A stretch of 64,000 bases of DNA from an uncultured Verrucomicrobiae bacterium (GTDB lineage: Bacteria > Verrucomicrobiota > Verrucomicrobiia > Limisphaerales > Palsa-1400), in the NCBI GenBank assembly GCA_963707025.1, contig CAVPOM010000009.1, positions 224,001 to 288,000 on the forward strand. Reading direction: 5' to 3'. Positions 50,271 through 59,739 of the stretch are shown piece by piece. The notes below the pieces were generated by a model. The model saw only the letters and a list, made by a program, of their open reading frames with translations. It made no database searches and was not told the DNA's origin. Position 1 is the first letter of the stretch. The number at the start of each line of letters is the position of its first letter. The position numbers were made by a program, and so were the translations under genes.

Positions 50271-50693
50271 ATGAAAAAACTGCTCCTTTTTTTTGCGCTG
50301 CTCGCGACAGCGGGCCTGGCCCAGCAATACACCATTGACTGGTATAAAATCTCCGGCGGCGGCGGCACCAGCACCGGCGGCCAGTATTCGGTCAGCGGCA
50401 CCATCGGCCAGCACGACGCCAGTCTGGCCATGACCGGCGGCAGCTACTCGTTGACCGGCGGCTTTTGGAGTCTGATCGCCGTGCAAACCCCCGGTGCGCC
50501 GCTGCTCAGCATCACGGCTTCGGGCAACCAGGTGATTGTCTCCTGGCCGGCGTCCTCGAGCGGCTTTAACCTGCAAACCAACAGCAATCTGAACCCGGCC
50601 AACTGGGGCAACTATAGCGGCACTGTCAATAACAACAGCGCGACGATTTCCCCGCCGAAAGGGAACCAGTTCTTCCGCCTCTATCATCCCTGA
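50271..50693 (+). CDS. Small secreted beta-rich protein
   Basis: Signal peptide; YTIDWYKISGGGGTSTGG..SGTIGQ; C-terminal QFFRL. Confidence 0.75.
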   Translation: MKKLLLFFALLATAGLAQQYTIDWYKISGGGGTSTGGQYSVSGTIGQHDASLAMTGGSYSLTGGFWSLIAVQTPGAPLLSITASGNQVIVSWPASSSGFNLQTNSNLNPANWGNYSGTVNNNSATISPPKGNQFFRLYHP

Positions 50694-50879
50694 GGAATTG
50701 GGACCCGGTTTTTTGCAGGCCACGGCGGGAACCAGCCGGCACGGGCGCAGGACCGGACAGGCGTGCGCTCCCCGGACCAACCTGGCGATTGACTATTTCA
50801 ACTTGCCGCGTAACCAGCGCGGCTTGTTTTCGTCCATCAGAGCGGAACTTATGTCGCGGAATGGAGTTAGAAGAAATTT

Positions 50880-52058
50880 GTGAACCTGCACGCACTCATT
50901 GGCCTCGCCAAAGACGAGGGGGCCAGCGACCTTCATTTGGAGCCGGGGTTGTCCGCCGTCATCCGCGTGCGGGGCAGTTTGCGTTCGGTGGGCGAACCGT
51001 GCGCCGCGGCGCTGCTCCTGGAATGCGCCCGCGAGCTGATCGGCCCGGAGGACTGGCCGCGCTTTCTCACCCAGCGCTCCTTCGACATGTCCCGGACCAT
51101 TGAAGGGCTGCGCTGCCGCATCAACATCCTGCAAACCTCGCGCGGGGTCGGTTTTGCCGTTCGTTTGCTGCCGGCGTTTCAGCCGACCATTGAATCGTTG
51201 AACCTGCATCCCGACCTGAAGCAACTGGTCAACCACGCCAACGGGCTGGTGCTGATCAGCGGCCCGACCGGCAGCGGCAAATCCACCACCCTGGCCGCGC
51301 TGGTGCAGACGATCAATCTGAGCGACGCCCGGCACATCGTGACGATTGAAAGCCCGATTGAATTCACCTTTCGTCCGCGCAAGTCGTTCATCCGCCAGCG
51401 GGAAGTGGGGCGGGACACGCCCAGTTTTGAACAGGCACTGCTGGACAGCCTGCGGGAGGACCCGGACGTTTTGATGGTGGGGGAAATGCGGGAACCGGAA
51501 ACCATGCGGCTGACCTTGAGCGCGGCGGAGACGGGACATTTGGTGCTGGCCACCGTCCATTCCGCCAACTGCGCCGAGGCGCTGCAGCGGGTGGTCAACG
51601 CCTTTCCGCCGGAGATTCAGGACAACATCGCCGCGCAACTGGCCGACTGCCTGATCGCGGTCGTTTCCCAGCGGCTGCAATTCCGCCCCAACCTGAACCT
51701 CTGCGTGCCCGAATGCGAAGTGCTCAAAACGACCATGCCGATCAAGAATTTCATTCGCAACCGCGATTTCTTCAAAATCATTTCCACCTTGGAAACCGGC
51801 CTGGCCGATGGCATGTGGACCTTTGCGCGCTATCGCGCCTGGCTGGAAAAGCGAACACACTTCCACATTCTCTCCCGCGAAGCGGAAGTGGAAGAGGAGG
51901 AACCGGTTGCGCCCGCGAAAATGCCGCCCCTTCCCGCTCCTCCCAAAACCAGCCACGGCAGCCGTGTGGCCTCCGCCGCGGCCAAGTCCGCCGAGGCCCC
52001 CCGCATCGAGATCGAGCCGGAGGAATCCTTCGACAAGATCCTCAAAGGGCCGTCCTGA
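50880..52058 (+). CDS. pilT: PilT/PilU-family type IV pilus retraction ATPase
   Basis: ASDLH, GPTGSGKSTT, TIESPIE, QREVG, LREDPD..VGEMR, ETGHLV.ATVH. Confidence 0.85.
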   Translation: MNLHALIGLAKDEGASDLHLEPGLSAVIRVRGSLRSVGEPCAAALLLECARELIGPEDWPRFLTQRSFDMSRTIEGLRCRINILQTSRGVGFAVRLLPAFQPTIESLNLHPDLKQLVNHANGLVLISGPTGSGKSTTLAALVQTINLSDARHIVTIESPIEFTFRPRKSFIRQREVGRDTPSFEQALLDSLREDPDVLMVGEMREPETMRLTLSAAETGHLVLATVHSANCAEALQRVVNAFPPEIQDNIAAQLADCLIAVVSQRLQFRPNLNLCVPECEVLKTTMPIKNFIRNRDFFKIISTLETGLADGMWTFARYRAWLEKRTHFHILSREAEVEEEEPVAPAKMPPLPAPPKTSHGSRVASAAAKSAEAPRIEIEPEESFDKILKGPS

Positions 52059-52173
52059 AGGTTTTCAATTCCCTCTTGGGGACCTCTGCCAAACTCCAGC
52101 GCGAGAAGGTGGCGGCGATCCAGGAGCGTTGATCTTCGGGGTTTTTTTGATGGGTGGCGATTGCCGGCCGCCG

Positions 52174-52707
52174 CTACGACGCTTGTGCCTCCGCCCAGCG
52201 GGCCAGGAGCCACAAGGTGTCCGACAAGCGGTTGAGGAAAGTTATGATCTCGCCGTTGTGCAATTGGCTGCTCTCCTGCAAGGCGCACACCCGGCGCTCG
52301 GCGCGGCGGCAGATCGTCCGCGCCACGTCCAGCGTCGCCGCGCTCAGGTTGCCGCCGGGCGTGGCCCAGCCCTGGCCGGCGGCCTTTTGCGCTTCGATCT
52401 CCAACACCATGCGGTCCAGTTGCGCCGTCATTTGCGGGGAGATCAGGGTGAAGCCGTCCTTGGCGTAACGCGGCAAATCATCGGGCTGGGTGGCCAGTTC
52501 GCCCATCAAAGGGACCAGCGCCTTTTGCATTTGCAGCAGCCGGTCGCTGACAAAAGGATGCCGGGCCGAGGCGCGGGCCAGACCCAGGGCCGCGTTTAAT
52601 TCATCCACCGCCCCGCAGGCTTCCACCCGGGGATGACATTTGGAAACCCGCCGGCTGTACATCAATCCGGTGCTCCCCTTGTCTCCCTTTTTGGTCACGA
52701 TGCTCAT
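52174..52707 (-). CDS. pduO: Cob(I)alamin adenosyltransferase, PduO type
   Basis: TKKGDKGST, GAVDELN, ARTICRRAERR, LNRLSD. Confidence 0.9.
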   Translation of the reverse strand: MSIVTKKGDKGSTGLMYSRRVSKCHPRVEACGAVDELNAALGLARASARHPFVSDRLLQMQKALVPLMGELATQPDDLPRYAKDGFTLISPQMTAQLDRMVLEIEAQKAAGQGWATPGGNLSAATLDVARTICRRAERRVCALQESSQLHNGEIITFLNRLSDTLWLLARWAEAQAS

Positions 52708-52840
52708 CTGGGCTGCCGGCCAGTTTGGCGTTTCTGGCCGGGAGTTGAAAGTTCAAAGTAACGATTTTGCCTCATGGCCGGATTAGGATTGATTCGGTGG
52801 GCGCAGTTGTTTACGGTTTGGCCACGAACATAAAGGCGCC

Positions 52841-53080
52841 ATGAATCTCAAACTGCTCTGCAAAGCTGTTCTCATTATCGCCGTCCTGGCTCTTCTGGTC
52901 ATGATGGGGATGCACAATACCAAACCGGTCGAACTGGAACTTCCGCCGCTCCTGCCCCACACGCTGGATCTGCCGGCTTGCTACATGTACTATGGGTTCT
53001 TCGGCGTCGGCTTCGTGGTCGGCGCCCTTCTTATGACCGGCGGCAAAAGAGGCGCCAGCAAGGCGGGCAAGGAAAAATAG
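52841..53080 (+). CDS. Small two-TM LapA/DUF1049-like protein
   Basis: TM-N..PVEL-TM architecture, 79 aa. Confidence 0.6.
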   Translation: MNLKLLCKAVLIIAVLALLVMMGMHNTKPVELELPPLLPHTLDLPACYMYYGFFGVGFVVGALLMTGGKRGASKAGKEK

Positions 53081-53210
53081 GGCGGTTTAAGAAATTGTGT
53101 AGCCGTGAATGAGGATGGTAGGGCGCGCACTCCGTGCGCGCCGCGGCGGGCAATCCCGGCCTGCCGGGACCCTACCGGGTAATGCGGCTACAGTATTTGT
53201 GAAACCGCTC
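53080..53210 (-). mobile_element. ~130 bp MITE-like element, copy B
   Basis: 26-bp terminal IR (21/26 match), TA on both sides, internal GTAG palindromes. Confidence 0.8.
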
Positions 53211-53311
53211 TAGCCGCAAGCCCGCGGGCCGTGCCCGTTAAATCTTTCCCAGGCGCCGCCCAGGGTTCAACCGGCGAATTAGCTTATACCTTTTCCGGTT
53301 TGCTTTTGCAC

Positions 53312-53335
53312 TGTAGCGGCGGTCTGCGACCGCCG
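53312..53335. repeat. Single GTAG-type REP-like palindrome
   Basis: TGTAG-CGGCGGTC-TGC-GACCGCCG. Confidence 0.55.
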
Positions 53336-53401
53336 CCAATCGCCTTGGCAATCGTGCAGTTACGAACTGGAAACGGTATTAAACTATCATATTGAGCGAA
53401 T

Positions 53402-55945
53402 CTACGTCTCCGCGCGCAGCAGGGCCAGGGGGGTGTGACGCAGGATGCCCCGGCTCATGAGCCAGCCCGTCCCCAGCGTCAGCGCGGGGACGGCCGCCCC
53501 ACCCGCCAGCAGCGGCCCCAAGCGCGGGGCAAATTGAACCTTGAAGACAAACGCCGCCAGCGCCCACACCGCCGCCAGGGCCAGCAGGATTCCCGTCACC
53601 GCCGCCAGCAAGCCCAAGGCGGCGTATTCCACCGCCAAAATGCGCCAGATCTGCGCCCGCGACGCCCCCAGCGTGCGCAACAGGATGCACTCCCGCACCC
53701 GCTGGAAGTGGCTGCCCACCAGCGCCCCCGCCATCACCAGGATCCCCGTCAGCACCGTAAACCACGCCATGAACCGGATGACGAAGGAAACTTTTCCCAC
53801 AATGGCGTCCACCGTTTCCAGAATCAGGGTCAAATCAATCACCGAAACGTTGGGAAAAGCTTGGACCACTTCGCGCTGTAGCCGGGCGGATTGCGCGCTC
53901 GAGTCCACCCGCGTCACCAGCACATTCAGGGAAGGGGCCTCCTCCAGAACGCCGCGCGGAAAGAGCATGAAAAAATTGGGCTGCGGGCGCCGCCAATTGA
54001 CCTCGCGCAGACTGGCGACCACCGTCCGCACCGGCACGCCCTGCACGTCGAAGAGCAGCTCGTCGCCCGGCTTCAGGCGCAGTTCCCCGGCGAGGCCGGT
54101 TTCCACCGAAATGGGGACAGGGGCGGCGTGATTGGTGACTTGGCCGATCCAATGGCCGGCGGTGATCTTTTCGGCATCGCGCAGATGATCGCTGTAGGTG
54201 CTGCGATATTCGCGGCGCAAGGTCCAGGCCTGGAAGGTGCTTTGAGGGTCGGCCAGGAGCGACTCGACCGAGCGGCCTTTGATGGAACTGAGGCGCATGG
54301 TGACAATCGGCGCTTCATCCAGCACCGGCCGGCCCAGCGACCGGACTAATCCGGCCACCGCCTCTTTTTGGTCCGGCTGAATGTCAAACAACACCGCGTT
54401 GGCCTGGCTTGCGCCGGGAACGATCAGGTCGGCCTGGAGGGTCTGCTGCACCAGGAAAATGCCGGCCAGCAAAAACGTCCCCAGTCCCAGGGAGAGCAGG
54501 AGCAGTTGCGTGCGGTTGTCAGGCCGGTGCAGATTGGCCAGCCCCTGGCGCACCACGAACGGCAGCTTCCGATGCGCCGCCCGGCGCGCCAGCGCCGCCA
54601 GTGCCCTGGCCGTGGCCGCCAGAAGCCCGAACACCACGCCCAACCCCAGGACGAATCCCAATCCCGCGCGCCAGTTGCGCCCCTGGCTCAGCCCGAAACC
54701 CAGCGTCAGCGCCGCCAGGCAGGCCAGCACGCCCCAGCGCAGCGGATCGGGCCGCGCCGCCGGCTCCAACGCCACCCGCAACGCCGCCCAGGGCGATACG
54801 CGCCGCACCGCCAGCAGCGGCAGCAACGCAAACAGCAGGCACACCACAAAACCCGCCCCCGCGGCCCGCCCGACCGCCAGCCAGGCGGTCTGGAAATGGA
54901 ACGTGAACGGAATAAAATCGGCCAGGACGCGCGGCAGGAAGGTTTGCACCGCCACGCCCAACCCCGCCCCGAACAACCCTCCCAGCGCCCCCAGCGCGAG
55001 CCCCTGGGCCAGATAGACCGCGAATACCTGCCCGACCGATCCGCCCAGGCAGCGGAGCACAGCCACCGCGGCCAATTTCTGTTTGACATGAACATGAATG
55101 GCGCCGGCCACGCCCAGGCCGCCCAACATCAGCGCCACCAGCCCGGTCAGATTGAGAAAATGGTAAAGATTGTCCATGGCGCGGCCGAGGTTCTGCTTTC
55201 GTTTTTCCACGGTGTCAAAGCTGAGCCGGAACTTTTCCAGTTGCGATTGGAGGCGGGCCGCCAATTGCGCCACGTCGGTCTGGGCCGGGAATTTGAAAAA
55301 AGTTTTGTATTGCGCCAAACTGCCCTGGCGCAGCAGGCCGGTGGCCGGCAAGTCCTCCATCGGCAGATAAACGCGCGGCGCCACCAGCGCGAGCGCGGCG
55401 CTTTCCCCGGGGACTTTCCTCAGTTCGCCCACGACCGGGAGGGTCAACTGGCCCAGCCGGATGTTATCGCCCACCCTGGCACCGAATTGCAGGAGCACAC
55501 TCTGCTCCACCAGCGCGCCGCGCCCCTGGCGAAATTGGGCCTCCGCCGCGGGCGGCTCCGTTTCCAGCCGGCCATAGAAGGGAAAGCCGCCGCTCAAGGC
55601 GCGGACCTGCACCAGGCGCGTTCCGCCCGAGGCCGGGAAATAAATCATGGAGGAAAAGGAGGTTTCGCGCGCTTGCTCTCCGCCGATCTCCTCCAGCCAG
55701 CTTTCCTCCTCCGCGCTGAAAGACCGCCGCGAAGAAATGGCCAGGTCTGCGCCCAGCAAAGTCCGGGCCTGCTCCTCCACGGCCCGCTCCAGGTTTTTGC
55801 CCAGCGACCCGATGGCCGCCAGCGCCGCCACCCCCATCACAATGGACGATGAAAACAACAGCAGCCGGCCCCGGCTGGTGCGGGTGTCGCGCCACGCCAT
55901 CCGCCACGTCCACGGCGAGAGGAGCCAATGCCAAACAGATTTCAT
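53402..55945 (-). CDS. ABC transporter permease, duplicated FtsX-like (YbbP-type)
   Basis: MAWRD, LLGADL, FPFYG, AVLRCLG, FDIQPDQ, LLRTLGA. Confidence 0.9.
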   Translation of the reverse strand: MKSVWHWLLSPWTWRMAWRDTRTSRGRLLLFSSSIVMGVAALAAIGSLGKNLERAVEEQARTLLGADLAISSRRSFSAEEESWLEEIGGEQARETSFSSMIYFPASGGTRLVQVRALSGGFPFYGRLETEPPAAEAQFRQGRGALVEQSVLLQFGARVGDNIRLGQLTLPVVGELRKVPGESAALALVAPRVYLPMEDLPATGLLRQGSLAQYKTFFKFPAQTDVAQLAARLQSQLEKFRLSFDTVEKRKQNLGRAMDNLYHFLNLTGLVALMLGGLGVAGAIHVHVKQKLAAVAVLRCLGGSVGQVFAVYLAQGLALGALGGLFGAGLGVAVQTFLPRVLADFIPFTFHFQTAWLAVGRAAGAGFVVCLLFALLPLLAVRRVSPWAALRVALEPAARPDPLRWGVLACLAALTLGFGLSQGRNWRAGLGFVLGLGVVFGLLAATARALAALARRAAHRKLPFVVRQGLANLHRPDNRTQLLLLSLGLGTFLLAGIFLVQQTLQADLIVPGASQANAVLFDIQPDQKEAVAGLVRSLGRPVLDEAPIVTMRLSSIKGRSVESLLADPQSTFQAWTLRREYRSTYSDHLRDAEKITAGHWIGQVTNHAAPVPISVETGLAGELRLKPGDELLFDVQGVPVRTVVASLREVNWRRPQPNFFMLFPRGVLEEAPSLNVLVTRVDSSAQSARLQREVVQAFPNVSVIDLTLILETVDAIVGKVSFVIRFMAWFTVLTGILVMAGALVGSHFQRVRECILLRTLGASRAQIWRILAVEYAALGLLAAVTGILLALAAVWALAAFVFKVQFAPRLGPLLAGGAAVPALTLGTGWLMSRGILRHTPLALLRAET

Positions 55946-56026
55946 TTATACAACGCCATTGAAATAGACCAGCCATGCGTCAGTCATGGGTGGTGGGCGG
56001 GCCCCGAAATATCGGGACCCGCCCTT

Positions 56027-56197
56027 CCTCAGTTAATGTTCTTCTCCCCGTACCCCAAAGGTAACTATTCAGGTAGGGACGCCTCGCCGAGGCGTCCGAA
56101 AGGCGGTCCGTTGCGCCGCTCGACGCGGCGCGGACAGCGCGGCGCGCTGTCCCTGCCTGAATAGTTACCCCCAAAGCAAGAAGAACATTAACTGAGG
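56027..56197. repeat. Perfect 19-bp inverted repeat enclosing a nested MITE
   Basis: CCTCAGTTAATGTTCTTCT (56027-56045) / AGAAGAACATTAACTGAGG (56179-56197). Confidence 0.85.
56061..56168. mobile_element. 108-bp MITE-like element with 8-bp target duplication
   Basis: IR GTAACTATTCAGG(T/C)AGGGAC (19/20); CCCCAAAG at 56053-56060 and 56169-56176. Confidence 0.85.
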
Positions 56198-56277
56198 CAG
56201 GATAAGGCTTGGGATTCGAGAAAAGGACTTCCGGAGTCGCGGGCATCAATGACAACACTGCTGTCAAACAGAATCAC
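56188..56277 (-). pseudogene. Truncated PIN/VapC-like toxin remnant
   Basis: GTG overlaps the antitoxin stop; MILFDSSVVIDARD is a PIN-like N-terminus; stops inside the inverted repeat after 29 aa. Confidence 0.6.
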
Positions 56278-56495
56278 CGGGTCTCCTTTTTGATTTCATC
56301 CCAGCTTTTCGTGAACCGCAGCGGACTGCTTTCGATTGCCGCGATGGCCTCTGCAAAAGTTGGCCTGCGGCGCGGCAACTCAACTTTCCGAAGCAAAACC
56401 TCGTTTTCGCCAAGGACTTCAGGTTCGTAATAGTCACCGGGGCGGAGCACGGAAACCTCAATTCTATGTGCCTCATCTACCTTTACAGCGTTCAT
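56274..56495 (-). CDS. AbrB/MazE-like antitoxin
   Basis: 73 aa; VKVDEAHRI...LRPGD...EVLLRKV swapped-hairpin pattern. Confidence 0.62.
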   Translation of the reverse strand: MNAVKVDEAHRIEVSVLRPGDYYEPEVLGENEVLLRKVELPRRRPTFAEAIAAIESSPLRFTKSWDEIKKETR

Positions 56496-56594
56496 GGGAA
56501 GAATGTTCCCCTAAACCGGGAAAGTTTGCAAGTCCGGCCTTTCCAAATCAACCCCGGCGCGCGAGCGGGGGCTGAATGCCAACCCGCGAACGCT

Positions 56595-56764
56595 TCCGCC
56601 TACGCTAAAGCTACGGCGGACAGGTCCTCCTTCGCCGAGCCTCCGGCGTGACAAGCCGCCCCGACAAGTGCTTGGTCGTGTCGTTTTTGCCTGTGCTCCG
56701 TCCTGTCCACAGTCCTGTCCACCGTAGGCCTGGCGAAGGTGGAAGCCTTGGCGAAGGTGGAAGC
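56595..56764. repeat. Cluster of short palindromic and tandem repeats
   Basis: TCCGCCTACGCTAAAGCTACGGCGGA hairpin; GTCCTGTCCAC x2; TGGCGAAGGTGGAAGC x2 (18-bp period). Confidence 0.65.
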
Positions 56765-57063
56765 TTCCGAGCGGAGGAGGACGCCCCTGTTTGCCCTTCG
56801 CAACATGGAATCCGCCGCCATCACCACCAGGGAGTTCAAAGCACGGAGAGAAGACCGCCTTTGTGGTGTCAATTTTGTTTTCCGCTGTCGCGGAGCGGGA
56901 ACAATCAGACTCTGCCATCACTCGCTCTCAGCCGCCGCGAGAGGCGGCAATCAGAGCATGGTAGTCGCTATGCTGCGCCGTACCGCAGGCGTTTTCCCCC
57001 TTTACGTGCCCACCAATTTTGTTTGCTGTGATAATTCTTGACCGTGTCCGCTTCCTCTGTTAA

Positions 57064-57441
57064 ATGCCATCGCTTATGACCAAATCAGGAAATTGGACTA
57101 TTACGATTCCCAGCGGGCGCGGGCACACCCCACCATCAAGCACCGCCGAAGTCACCCTCTCGTGCGATTACGATTTACAACTACCGCAGTCTAGGGTGGA
57201 GACCAGTTATCCGACGGGCGCAGGGCATGGGATACGCCATGAGTTTCCCGATATACCGGGAACTTTGATCCTCGGACCCTTTCTTCCGACTGAAATGGAG
57301 CGGTTGGGTCACTTTTCCGGCAAACGCTGCCGAGCGGCCGGCCCGGAGCAAGTAATACTAGATTGGGATGTCGCCATCTGCGACGCACCGCACTCGCAAG
57401 GCAAATTTTGCCTTACGGGCAATTTCTTGAAGCTTCAATGA
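57064..57441 (+). CDS. Hypothetical protein
   Basis: 125 aa ORF ending 15 nt before the T5orf172 gene. Confidence 0.4.
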   Translation: MPSLMTKSGNWTITIPSGRGHTPPSSTAEVTLSCDYDLQLPQSRVETSYPTGAGHGIRHEFPDIPGTLILGPFLPTEMERLGHFSGKRCRAAGPEQVILDWDVAICDAPHSQGKFCLTGNFLKLQ

Positions 57442-57456
57442 CAACGGACGTGTGTG

Positions 57457-58482
57457 ATGAAGGAACCGGGATTCATTTACATTTTGGTTAATCCTTCCAT
57501 TGACGGTTTGGTCAAAATTGGCAAAACGACTCGCCAACCCGAAGAACGCGCCAAGGAGATTTCTCAGGCGACGGGTGTTGCAACCCCGTTCTATGTCGCC
57601 TTTGCAATCCAGGTCGCCAACTGCCACAGCGCTGAGGAGTATGTTTATACCGTTTTGGAGTATAACGGATTTCAGCGCACGCCCAATCGGGAGTTTTTCA
57701 GAATACCGTTGCGCAAAGCCATTGAAGTTTTGATGCTTGTTGAACAGCAACTCCAAAAGGATACCGATTCGTCGGGCGCAAGCAGTCAAGACAGCGCTTT
57801 TCTTCATGCCGACGAAATGGAAGGCAAATTTGGCTCGGAAGAACAACACCCTGGTCGGCCCATCTATTGCGAAGCAACGAAAGCCTTTCTCGGCCTCGGT
57901 GACACAATCGAAGACCGAGACGAGGCATTGAGGCTTCTCCATCAGGCCAAGACGTTGAATTTTCCCGCAGCATATACTGCACTGGCGTGGTACTACACGA
58001 AACGCACTCCATGTGTAACCGAGGAAGACTACGCCAAGCAGGACCGGAATGCGCTCGAGGTTCTTAAGGAAGGTGCGGCGAAAGGGCATGGTAGATGTTA
58101 CATAGCCATGGCATGGTTCTTCCATATGCGCAGGACTACCGAGTTGAGTGAGAATGCAGCGAAGTGTTGGAAGAAATATTTCTTCAGCGAAACTTTTGCA
58201 AAAGATGACGACGCAAGGTGGACCAAAGATCTCGACGAGTTTGAGTTTGCTGATGGTGACAGCGGCAGTTCAAGGGTTTCTCACTCAATTACGTACTTTC
58301 TTTTCCTCAATGGAGCACTTAAGCCCGACGAGGATGTCCGCGCTCTTTTGATTCCGTTACGTGAAGAAATCCTTTTCGAGATACAGGACAGCTTGGATTT
58401 CGCTCGAAATCATGGCGATCGAAAATCTATCGATCTGAACGAAAATCAGCAACGCTTCGTTCGAGAGTATCTCCGCACTTAA
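57457..58482 (+). CDS. T5orf172/GIY-YIG-like nuclease domain with Sel1-like helical repeats
   Basis: GFIYILVNPSIDGLVKIGKTTR.PEERAKEI..TGVATPF...NREFF; then DRDEALRLLHQA..AYTALAWYY, ALEVLKEGAAKGH. Confidence 0.8.
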   Translation: MKEPGFIYILVNPSIDGLVKIGKTTRQPEERAKEISQATGVATPFYVAFAIQVANCHSAEEYVYTVLEYNGFQRTPNREFFRIPLRKAIEVLMLVEQQLQKDTDSSGASSQDSAFLHADEMEGKFGSEEQHPGRPIYCEATKAFLGLGDTIEDRDEALRLLHQAKTLNFPAAYTALAWYYTKRTPCVTEEDYAKQDRNALEVLKEGAAKGHGRCYIAMAWFFHMRRTTELSENAAKCWKKYFFSETFAKDDDARWTKDLDEFEFADGDSGSSRVSHSITYFLFLNGALKPDEDVRALLIPLREEILFEIQDSLDFARNHGDRKSIDLNENQQRFVREYLRT

Positions 58483-58567
58483 TATCAAACGTGATCAAAT
58501 ATTCCAAATGTTTATGGAAACGGGTCATTGAAGTATATTTTTAACTCTAATTGGCTAGGAACTCAAA

Positions 58568-59422
58568 ATGGAAACAGTCTATAAGTTTTGCGGGAAGCAT
58601 GGGATCGAAATTCTCAGCAAGCTTGAATTAAAGGTTACGCCACCGAATCAATTCAACGATCCGTTTGAGTTCACACCAAGAATCAGCAATTCCGATTTCG
58701 TTAGTTATTGCAAGGGGAATCTTGATGATGAAACTCGCCTCAAAGAGATTTATCCCACCTACGGTTTTCCTGGCGATTTCCATGCGTTCCAAGAATGGGC
58801 GAAAAATAATCAATCAACACTGATTGGGCAATTGCACAAAGATTTCCCGAATGGTATTTATGAAGATGAGAAATCTTTTCTCGATGACATAAGTAAATTG
58901 ATCAGAGTTCTGTGTATGTCAGGAGAGCGGGATAAAATTCTAATGTGGGGCCATTATTGCGACACGCCTCTTGGTCTTGTCATTGGGTTTGACAGATCGT
59001 GCGCCGTTTTTCAGGAAGGAATTGCATTGAGGCCGGTGGAGTATGTTAAACAGAGGATTTGCCTTGATTTGTCATGGGAGGAAGGCTCCCCTGAAATGGA
59101 GCGTTTTCGGGATGAAATTGTTTTCCGCAAGAGCGAAGATTTGCTGTACGAAAAGGAGTTCAGGAAGACTTTCGTGCATTCATCCCCTTCATTGGTAACG
59201 AGAGCGATTGAAGACAAATGTACCGGCTACAAATCCACCGGCTATTTCTTTCCCTTCCCAGCGGAAGCCGTCGTCAGCGTGACTTTGGGACCAAGGGTGT
59301 CGGCAGAGTGCGAGAACGATGTTAGGGAGGTCCTTCAAACGCCCCACTTTTCAAAAGTTATCCTCGACCGAGCAATTCTAAACCAAAGCAATTGTGCCTT
59401 GGAATTCGAACCGGTCAAGTGA
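58568..59422 (+). CDS. DUF2971-like protein
   Basis: VYKF, PNQFNDPFE, LCMS...ILMWGHY, GLVIGFD, VEY, K...YEKEFR, VTLGPR. Confidence 0.82.
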   Translation: METVYKFCGKHGIEILSKLELKVTPPNQFNDPFEFTPRISNSDFVSYCKGNLDDETRLKEIYPTYGFPGDFHAFQEWAKNNQSTLIGQLHKDFPNGIYEDEKSFLDDISKLIRVLCMSGERDKILMWGHYCDTPLGLVIGFDRSCAVFQEGIALRPVEYVKQRICLDLSWEEGSPEMERFRDEIVFRKSEDLLYEKEFRKTFVHSSPSLVTRAIEDKCTGYKSTGYFFPFPAEAVVSVTLGPRVSAECENDVREVLQTPHFSKVILDRAILNQSNCALEFEPVK

Positions 59423-59739
59423 AATGAGGCAACGTGATTCGCGGATGGAATTTTGATTTTCATCTCACTCCCATCTCGCGAAATTCCGGTTATCGAGAGC
59501 TTCAAGCCGGGCGGCATATAATCGCAATTCCCGCGCTCGCGCCTCAACTTCACGCACAATTTCAGGACTCAATGGCGGTGAAGGCACCTGTTCATCCGCC
59601 TTCGCATGGCGGCGGACAGGCCCAGCGAAGCGGGAAGGCCAATTAAAACGGATCCCCCGACGCTTCCATCAAATCGCTCTGAAAATCCGTTTCTGTCGCT
59701 GGCCCCACATCCATGTCGTCCGCTTCCGCTGGCCGGGAT

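Noticed and set aside
56595..56764. Possible CRISPR-like repeats
   Set aside because: Only two adjacent copies per unit, no unique spacers and no cas genes
58511..58522. TTTATGGAAACG match to the IS630 end
   Set aside because: Only 12 bp, with no terminal GCTCTA and no partner end; likely chance
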